DNA of 32,000 bases from Geotalea uraniireducens Rf4. Its GTDB lineage: Bacteria > Desulfobacterota > Desulfuromonadia > Geobacterales > Geobacteraceae. Below, piece after piece: positions 27,234 through 32,000 of this stretch. The DNA lies in NCBI RefSeq assembly GCF_000016745.1, contig NC_009483.1, positions 270,001-302,000 of the forward strand, read 5' to 3'. The position numbers and the translations under genes were made by a program. The notes beneath the pieces were generated by a model that did no database searches, was not told the DNA's origin, and saw only the letters and a program-made list of their open reading frames with translations. Positions within the stretch are counted from its first letter, which is position 1. The number at the start of each line of letters is the position of its first letter.

Positions 27234-27316
27234 GGATAAAGGAGCGAGGAACGTGGATAAAGGAATGATGAGCGCATTCTTGTTTTTTCCCCGGACCTCG
27301 ATCCTCGCACCTCGAG
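27234..27316. repeat. structured argH|lipoprotein spacer: GGATAAAGGA x2 and CCTCGNN x3
   Basis: GGATAAAGGA at 27234-27243 and 27255-27264 (21-bp phase). GCGAGGA 27244-27250 pairs with TCCTCGC 27302-27308. Tandem heptads CCTCGAT 27296, CCTCGCA 27303 and CCTCGAG 27310. Confidence 0.75.
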
Positions 27317-27333
27317 CCTTGTGGGAATGGACA

Positions 27334-28107
27334 ATGGGACAACTTGCCAGAACAATGCTGATAATCCTCCTCCCGCTGATACTGGCGCCCCTTGCCGGTT
27401 GCGGCAAGAAGGGGCCGCTGATCCCTCCCGAGGCGCTCGCCCCGGCAGCCGTCAGCGACCTGAAGCTGGCGCAGAAGGGGGAGTTTTTTCAGCTTTTCTG
27501 GTCGCGGCCGGCAAAGGAAGAGGGGGGCGGGCCGCTCCGCGCCCTGGCCGGCTTCCGGATATTCAAGCGGGAGGTGCTCCCCCCTGCCGAGGACTGCGAG
27601 GCGTGCCCTGACGCCTACCGCCTGCTGAAGGCGGTCGATCTGGACTATCTCCAGGAGGTGCGCCGCTCCGGCGACCTGTTCTTCTACAACGACAACGACG
27701 TGCGCCTGGGAAAGACCTATCAGTACAAGGCAGTCGCCGTGAAAAAAGACGGAACGCCGAGCCGGGAGTCCAACCGGGCGCGGCGCACAAAAGTCGAACC
27801 GCCGTTGCCGCCGGTGCTGCAGGCTGCTTCCACTCCGACCGGCATTAATCTGGAGTTTGTCGCCATACCATTCCCGGAGGGTGGCGCTATCCAGGGGTAC
27901 AACATCTACCGCTGGCGTGCCGGCGAGGCGGTCCCCATCAACCCGCTCAACGACAGGCCGGTGACCGGCAATACCTTCGAAGACCTGCGCCTGGCAAGGG
28001 GAACGGTCTACACCTATGCGGTGCGGACGGTGGCAAGCGTGGCCGGCGAAAGCGTCGAAAGCGTACCGTCCAACGAGGTGAGCGGCGCGCTGACCACCCC
28101 CGATTAA
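27334..28107 (+). CDS. lipoprotein with LptM(YifL)-like N-terminus (C-G-K-K-G-P-L) fused to two FN3-like modules
   Basis: Signal peptide MGQLARTMLIILLPLILAPLAGC with lipobox LAGC (Cys codon 27400-27402), followed directly by GKKGPLIPPE. Two beta-rich modules end in TYQYKAVAV and TVYTYAVRTV. A CEAC pair lies at 27595-27606. The start could also be 27253 or 27265. Confidence 0.75.
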   Translation: MGQLARTMLIILLPLILAPLAGCGKKGPLIPPEALAPAAVSDLKLAQKGEFFQLFWSRPAKEEGGGPLRALAGFRIFKREVLPPAEDCEACPDAYRLLKAVDLDYLQEVRRSGDLFFYNDNDVRLGKTYQYKAVAVKKDGTPSRESNRARRTKVEPPLPPVLQAASTPTGINLEFVAIPFPEGGAIQGYNIYRWRAGEAVPINPLNDRPVTGNTFEDLRLARGTVYTYAVRTVASVAGESVESVPSNEVSGALTTPD

Positions 28108-28151
28108 TCTCCTGCAAATTTCCGATCCTGTCGCTGCAATGCCTTAATATT

Positions 28152-28180
28152 TTGACTTTTTTCCTCCCGTATGTTAAAAA
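28152..28180 (+). promoter_or_regulatory. candidate sigma-70 promoter upstream of lysA (TTGACT-N17-TAAAAA)
   Basis: TTGACT 28152-28157 and TAAAAA 28175-28180, in an AT-rich 197-bp spacer. Confidence 0.4.
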
Positions 28181-28304
28181 TACCCACTTTTGTTTACAAT
28201 ACCGTTAAAGCCACAAAGGCTCTTGAATGGCGATTGCCCTGCCTCACCCATGACACCGTTATCAGACGGCTTTTGACGAATTTTTAATATTGCGGAGGAA
28301 AACC

Positions 28305-29558
28305 ATGCATCACTTTCAGTACAAGGGAAAAGAACTCTATGCCGAAGACGTGGCGATCAAGGATATCGTTGCCAAGGTCGGCAGCCCGGTCTACATCTAT
28401 TCACAGGCGACCCTGGAGCGCCATTTTAAGGCCATGGACGAGGCATTTGCCGCCGTTCCCCATACCATCTGCTATTCGGTCAAGGCAAACTCCAATCTGG
28501 CCGTTGTGAAAAACTTCATCAACCTGGGTGGCGGCGTGGATATCGTCTCCGGCGGCGAACTGTACCGGGCGCTGAAAGCGGGGGTCGATCCGCAGAAGGT
28601 CGTTTATTCGGGGGTCGGCAAAAAGGACGACGAGATCGAATACGCCCTCAACACCGGCATCCTCATGTTCAACGTGGAGTCTGAGCAGGAGCTGACCCGC
28701 ATATCCGAGATCGCCAGCCGCATGGGGAAAAAGGCGGGCATCGCCATCCGCGTCAATCCGGACGTAGATCCGCAGACCCATCCCTACATCACCACGGGGC
28801 TCAAGAACGCCAAGTTCGGCATCACCATCGAGCGGGCCATAGAGGAGTATCGCCGGGCCAAGGACCTGCCGGGGATCGAGATCCTCGGCATCGACTGCCA
28901 TATCGGCAGCCAGCTGACCAAGGTCACTCCCTTCGTCGATGCCATCAAGAAGCTGAAAAACGTCATCAACACCCTGAAGGGGATGGGCATCAGCCTCAAG
29001 TACTTCGATCTCGGCGGCGGTCTCGGCATCCAGTACAACGATGAAGCTCCGCCGCTCCCCGCCGACTACGGCACGGAGATCCTCGCCGAGACGAAAGACC
29101 TGGGCCTCCACCTGCTGTTCGAGCCGGGGCGGAACCTGGTCGGCAACGCCGGCATCCTGGTAGCAACTTGCCTCTACACCAAGCAGCGGGACGAGAAGAA
29201 CTTCATCATGATCGATGCCGGCATGAACGATCTGGCGCGGCCGGCCCTCTACGGCTCCTACCACGGGGTGAAGCCGGTGGTCAATGACCAGGACGGCGTG
29301 ATCGTCGCCGATATCGTCGGCCCGATCTGCGAGTCTGGCGACTTCCTCGCCAAGGACCGCGAAGTCCCCATGTTCAAGCAGGGGGACATGATGGCCTTCA
29401 TGTCTGCCGGTGCGTATGGTTTTGCCATGTCGAGCTCTTACAACAGCCGTCCCCGCGTAGCCGAGGTGATGGTGAAGGGGGACAGGTTCGAGGTGGTCCG
29501 CGAGCGGGAGACGGTGGAAGACCTGATCAAAGGGGAAAAAGTCCCGGCATTTCTGTAA
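28305..29558 (+). CDS. lysA: diaminopimelate decarboxylase
   Basis: 417 aa from ATG 28305 (GGAGGA Shine-Dalgarno). PLP-lysine motif CYSVKANSN, plus FDLGGGLGIQY and GPICESGDFL. Confidence 0.96.
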   Translation: MHHFQYKGKELYAEDVAIKDIVAKVGSPVYIYSQATLERHFKAMDEAFAAVPHTICYSVKANSNLAVVKNFINLGGGVDIVSGGELYRALKAGVDPQKVVYSGVGKKDDEIEYALNTGILMFNVESEQELTRISEIASRMGKKAGIAIRVNPDVDPQTHPYITTGLKNAKFGITIERAIEEYRRAKDLPGIEILGIDCHIGSQLTKVTPFVDAIKKLKNVINTLKGMGISLKYFDLGGGLGIQYNDEAPPLPADYGTEILAETKDLGLHLLFEPGRNLVGNAGILVATCLYTKQRDEKNFIMIDAGMNDLARPALYGSYHGVKPVVNDQDGVIVADIVGPICESGDFLAKDREVPMFKQGDMMAFMSAGAYGFAMSSSYNSRPRVAEVMVKGDRFEVVRERETVEDLIKGEKVPAFL

Positions 29559-29567
29559 CGATTTTTC

Positions 29568-29615
29568 GTAGCAGCGCATGGCATGCGCCCTCTGGGCGAA
29601 CGCCGTTCGTCCTAC
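29568..29615. repeat. degenerate REP-like double hairpin bracketed by GTAG...CTAC
   Basis: GTAGCAGCGCATG-g-CATGCGCCCT, then GGGCGAACG-cc-GTTCGTCCTAC. The GCGCATGnCATGCGC core is the same as in the 21657 copy. Confidence 0.7.
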
Positions 29616-29630
29616 AAGGAGGATATAAAC

Positions 29631-30503
29631 ATGTTCAAAGGAAGCATTGTCGCGATCGTCACACCGTTCAAAAACGGAGCGGTGGACGAAGAGAAGCTGA
29701 GGGAGCTGGTAGAGTTCCAGATCGAGAACGGCACCGACGCCATTGTGCCGTGCGGTACCACCGGTGAGTCCTCGACCCTGGATTACGAGGAACACGACCG
29801 GGTGATCGAGATCGTCGTCGAGCAGGTGAAGAAGCGGGTTCCGGTCATTGCCGGCACCGGCTCCAACTCCACCAAGGAGGCGATCGAGATGACCAGTCAC
29901 GCCAAGACCCTTGGCGCGGACGGCGCCCTGCTCGTCACCCCCTACTACAACAAGCCGACCCAGGAAGGGCTTTTCCTCCACTACAAGGCGGTAGCCGACG
30001 CGGTGGCGCTTCCCCAGATCCTCTACAACGTGCCCGGACGCACCGGCGTCAACCTCCTACCCGAAACAGTGGCGCGGCTCGCCGAGCACAAAAACATCGT
30101 CGCCATCAAAGAGGCGACCGGCTCGCTGCAGCAGGCCTCCGAGATCATTGACCTGTGCGGCGACAAGATCGACGTCTTTTCCGGCGACGATTTCATCACC
30201 TTTCCGATGATGGCCTGCGGCGCCAAGGGGGTCATCTCCGTCACCGCCAACATCATGCCCAAGGAAGTGGCGGCACTGGTTGACGCCTTCTTCGCAGGTA
30301 AGATGGAAGAGGCGCGCCAATGGCACCTGAAGCTGCTGAAGATCTCCAACGCCATGTTCATCGAGAGCAACCCGGTGCCGGTCAAGACCGCCGTGGCCCT
30401 AATGGGCAAATGCAGCGCCGAAGTCCGTCTGCCGCTGGCACCGCTGGCCGAGGCAAACAAGGTCAAACTTGTTGCGATCATGAAAGAGTACGGACTGATC
30501 TAA
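29631..30503 (+). CDS. dapA: 4-hydroxy-tetrahydrodipicolinate synthase
   Basis: 290 aa from ATG 29631 (AAGGAGG Shine-Dalgarno). Motifs VPCGTTGES, YYNKPTQEG and IVAIKEATG (Schiff-base Lys). Confidence 0.96.
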   Translation: MFKGSIVAIVTPFKNGAVDEEKLRELVEFQIENGTDAIVPCGTTGESSTLDYEEHDRVIEIVVEQVKKRVPVIAGTGSNSTKEAIEMTSHAKTLGADGALLVTPYYNKPTQEGLFLHYKAVADAVALPQILYNVPGRTGVNLLPETVARLAEHKNIVAIKEATGSLQQASEIIDLCGDKIDVFSGDDFITFPMMACGAKGVISVTANIMPKEVAALVDAFFAGKMEEARQWHLKLLKISNAMFIESNPVPVKTAVALMGKCSAEVRLPLAPLAEANKVKLVAIMKEYGLI

Positions 30504-30515
30504 TCAAACCTTGTA

Positions 30516-30666
30516 ACCGCAAAGGACCCAAAGGGCCTAAAGCGCGAAGGACGCGAAGAGATGCAAACCCAGGAACTCTTCTCAGGTTAAGTCCTGAACC
30601 AGGCGACTTTGTCGTCGAGTTTCCTTTGCGCTCTTTGCGTTTTAGGCCCTTTGGGTCCTTTGCGGT
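30516..30666. repeat. 151-bp palindromic element between dapA and dapB with perfect 24-bp terminal inverted repeats
   Basis: ACCGCAAAGGACCCAAAGGGCCTA (30516-30539) is the exact reverse complement of TAGGCCCTTTGGGTCCTTTGCGGT (30643-30666). The adjacent inner segments (GCGAAG / CTTTGCG type units) are also partly complementary. Confidence 0.92.
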
Positions 30667-30686
30667 GAAAAAATCTGGAGTTAATT

Positions 30687-31490
30687 ATGGTTAAGATAGC
30701 GGTTTGCGGCGCAGCCGGCCGTATGGGGGGCCGGATCATCGCGGCCATCAGCGAAACAGAAGGTGCGGTAGTCTCCGGCGCGCTGGAACGGCTCGGCCAT
30801 CCCATGGTCGGCCAGGATGCGGGCTTCAACGCCGGTCTCGGCGCCATCGGCGTCACGATCAGCGACGACCTGACCGCGGTGGTGCAAGGGTGCGATGTGC
30901 TCATCGACTTCACTACCCCCAAGGTTTCCCTGAAGAACCTGGAGGTCTGCGGCCTCAACAAGAAATCGATCGTCATCGGCTCTACCGGCTTCACCCCGGA
31001 AGAGCGGGCCTTGGCGGCCGAGTTGGCCAAGGATATCCCCGTGGTGCTCGCACCCAACATGTCGGTCGGGGTCAACGTCTGCTTCAAGGTGTTGGCCGAT
31101 GTGGCGAAGATTTTGGGCGACGACTTCGACGTGGAGATCGTCGAGGCGCACCACAAGATGAAAAAGGACTCCCCCTCCGGCACCGCGGTGCGCATGGGCG
31201 AGGTGGTGGCCGAGGCCCTCGGGCGCGACTACAACAAGGTGGCCAACTTCCACCGCGAAGGGATCTGCGGCGAGCGGACTAAGGACGAGATCGGCATGCA
31301 GACCATCCGCGGCGGCGACATCGTCGGCGAGCACACCGTCTACTTCATCGGCATGGGGGAGCGGATCGAGATCACCCACCGCGCCCACACCCGCGATATG
31401 TTCTCCAGGGGGAGCGTGCGCGCTGCCAAATGGGTGGTTTCGCAGAAGCCTGGACTATATGACATGCAGGATGTGCTGGGGCTCAGGTAA
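30687..31490 (+). CDS. dapB: 4-hydroxy-tetrahydrodipicolinate reductase
   Basis: 267 aa. N-terminal dinucleotide fold VCGAAGRMG and DapB signature EAHHKMKKDSPSGTA. Confidence 0.96.
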   Translation: MVKIAVCGAAGRMGGRIIAAISETEGAVVSGALERLGHPMVGQDAGFNAGLGAIGVTISDDLTAVVQGCDVLIDFTTPKVSLKNLEVCGLNKKSIVIGSTGFTPEERALAAELAKDIPVVLAPNMSVGVNVCFKVLADVAKILGDDFDVEIVEAHHKMKKDSPSGTAVRMGEVVAEALGRDYNKVANFHREGICGERTKDEIGMQTIRGGDIVGEHTVYFIGMGERIEITHRAHTRDMFSRGSVRAAKWVVSQKPGLYDMQDVLGLR

Positions 31491-31510
31491 CCCCTCGGGG
31501 AGAAAATCGG

Positions 31511-31822
31511 ATGCTTTCCTTTCAGGACATAGAACAGCTCAGGGACAGGATAGCTCAGGCGCTTCATCCTGAAAAAATATTCCTCTTTGGTTCCTATGCA
31601 GAAGCGAGGGCTACTGAAGACAGTGATGTTGACCTGGTCGTGGTCATGGAGTCGGACTTGGCCCCCCACCAACGAAACGTTGCGCTGAAACGGCTGTTTC
31701 CCCGGCGGTCATTCTCTCTGGATGCATTTGTCTATACCCCGCAGGAATTCACGAAGTATAAGGACATTCCGGGCACCATCGTCTATAACGCCACCCACCA
31801 CGGAAAGCTGCTCTATGGATGA
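31511..31822 (+). CDS. minimal nucleotidyltransferase (MNT/MntA-type antitoxin)
   Basis: 103 aa. Pol-beta-type NTase motif GSYAEARATEDSDVDLVVV. Its stop overlaps the start of the downstream HEPN ORF. Confidence 0.82.
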   Translation: MLSFQDIEQLRDRIAQALHPEKIFLFGSYAEARATEDSDVDLVVVMESDLAPHQRNVALKRLFPRRSFSLDAFVYTPQEFTKYKDIPGTIVYNATHHGKLLYG

Positions 31823-32000
31823 AGCGACAACCGATTTTGTCCGGCAGTGGTTCCGCAAGGCGGAACATGATCTGCAAAACATCCGCAACAATCTCGCCGC
31901 TGAGTCGGTGCCTACCGATACGGTTTGCTTCCATGCCCAGCAGGCGATTGAAAAACTTCTCAAAGGTCTGTTGGTTGCGAATGGGAGAAACGTCTCCAAG
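31815..32000 (+). CDS. HEPN domain protein (HepT-type toxin), N-terminal 62 codons; continues beyond the window
   Basis: ATG 31815 overlaps the MNT stop by 8 nt. Translation MDEATTDFVRQWFRKAEHDLQNIRNNLAAESVPTDTVCFHAQQAIEKLLKGLLVANG matches the HEPN helix-1/helix-2 pattern. It is absent from the ORF track because it has no in-window stop. Confidence 0.75.
   Translation, partial: MDEATTDFVRQWFRKAEHDLQNIRNNLAAESVPTDTVCFHAQQAIEKLLKGLLVANGRNVSK

Noticed and set aside
28108-28304. Lysine riboswitch (L-box) upstream of lysA
   Set aside because: The 197-nt spacer is AT-rich and I see none of the conserved L-box helices or motifs. Only 4-5-bp stems can be drawn by eye. An Rfam scan (RF00168) would confirm.
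30501-30560. Strings reminiscent of the GEMM-I (cyclic-dinucleotide) riboswitch, such as CAAACC, CGCAAAG and GGCCTAAA. Such riboswitches are common in Geobacter.
   Set aside because: The order and spacing do not fit the two-hairpin GEMM-I consensus, and there is no GNRA tetraloop/receptor pair. The segment is one arm of a perfect 24-bp inverted repeat, which is better explained as a REP/MITE-like element. A covariance-model scan (Rfam RF01051) would settle it.
31488-31510. CCCCTCGGGG palindrome after dapB as a terminator
   Set aside because: The stem is 4 bp with a 2-nt loop and no following T-run. It overlaps the GGGGAG Shine-Dalgarno of the MNT gene.

Overview
All credible genes are on the + strand. 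This is a densely packed, GC-rich housekeeping segment. From gene order and repeat style it looks Geobacter/Desulfuromonadota-like, but that is recollection, not a search result. Gene order: hemW (3' end only) | CIRCE-hrcA-grpE-dnaK-dnaJ | secreted single-HKD PLD-like protein | larB-larC-pgpA-cinA | PAS-GAF histidine kinase | recA-pilT-recX | alaS | cupin | REC-histidine-kinase hybrid | argB-argD-argF-argG | Nudix hydrolase + orphan 396-aa protein | argH | LptM-like/FN3 lipoprotein | lysA-dapA-dapB | MNT-HEPN toxin-antitoxin pair, with HEPN running off the window. I saw no rRNA, tRNA, CRISPR array, transposase, integrase or reverse transcriptase. All family calls come from motif recognition by eye; no similarity search or folding was run. 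Four things are not ordinary. (1) An orphan 396-aa protein carries what reads as a cryptic nitrilase-superfamily Glu-Lys-Glu-Cys tetrad. It is paired with a Nudix hydrolase and wedged between argG and argH; this is my best candidate for an undescribed module. (2) Nearly every intergenic spacer holds a structured repeat. There are GTAG-headed REP/REPIN-like palindromes (5 loci), heptanucleotide tandem arrays that fold into slippery hairpins (grpE|dnaK, argB|argD, larB|larC, argH|lipoprotein), and long inverted-repeat elements of 120-151 bp (before alaS, argF|argG, dapA|dapB). (3) The cinA-recA-recX-alaS backbone, which I recall from E. coli as pncC-recA-recX-alaS, is interrupted by a sensor kinase and by a pilT paralogue tightly coupled between recA and recX. 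(4) larB-larC is translationally coupled to pgpA-cinA. Separately, an LptM-type lipoprotein head is fused to two FN3-like modules upstream of lysA.
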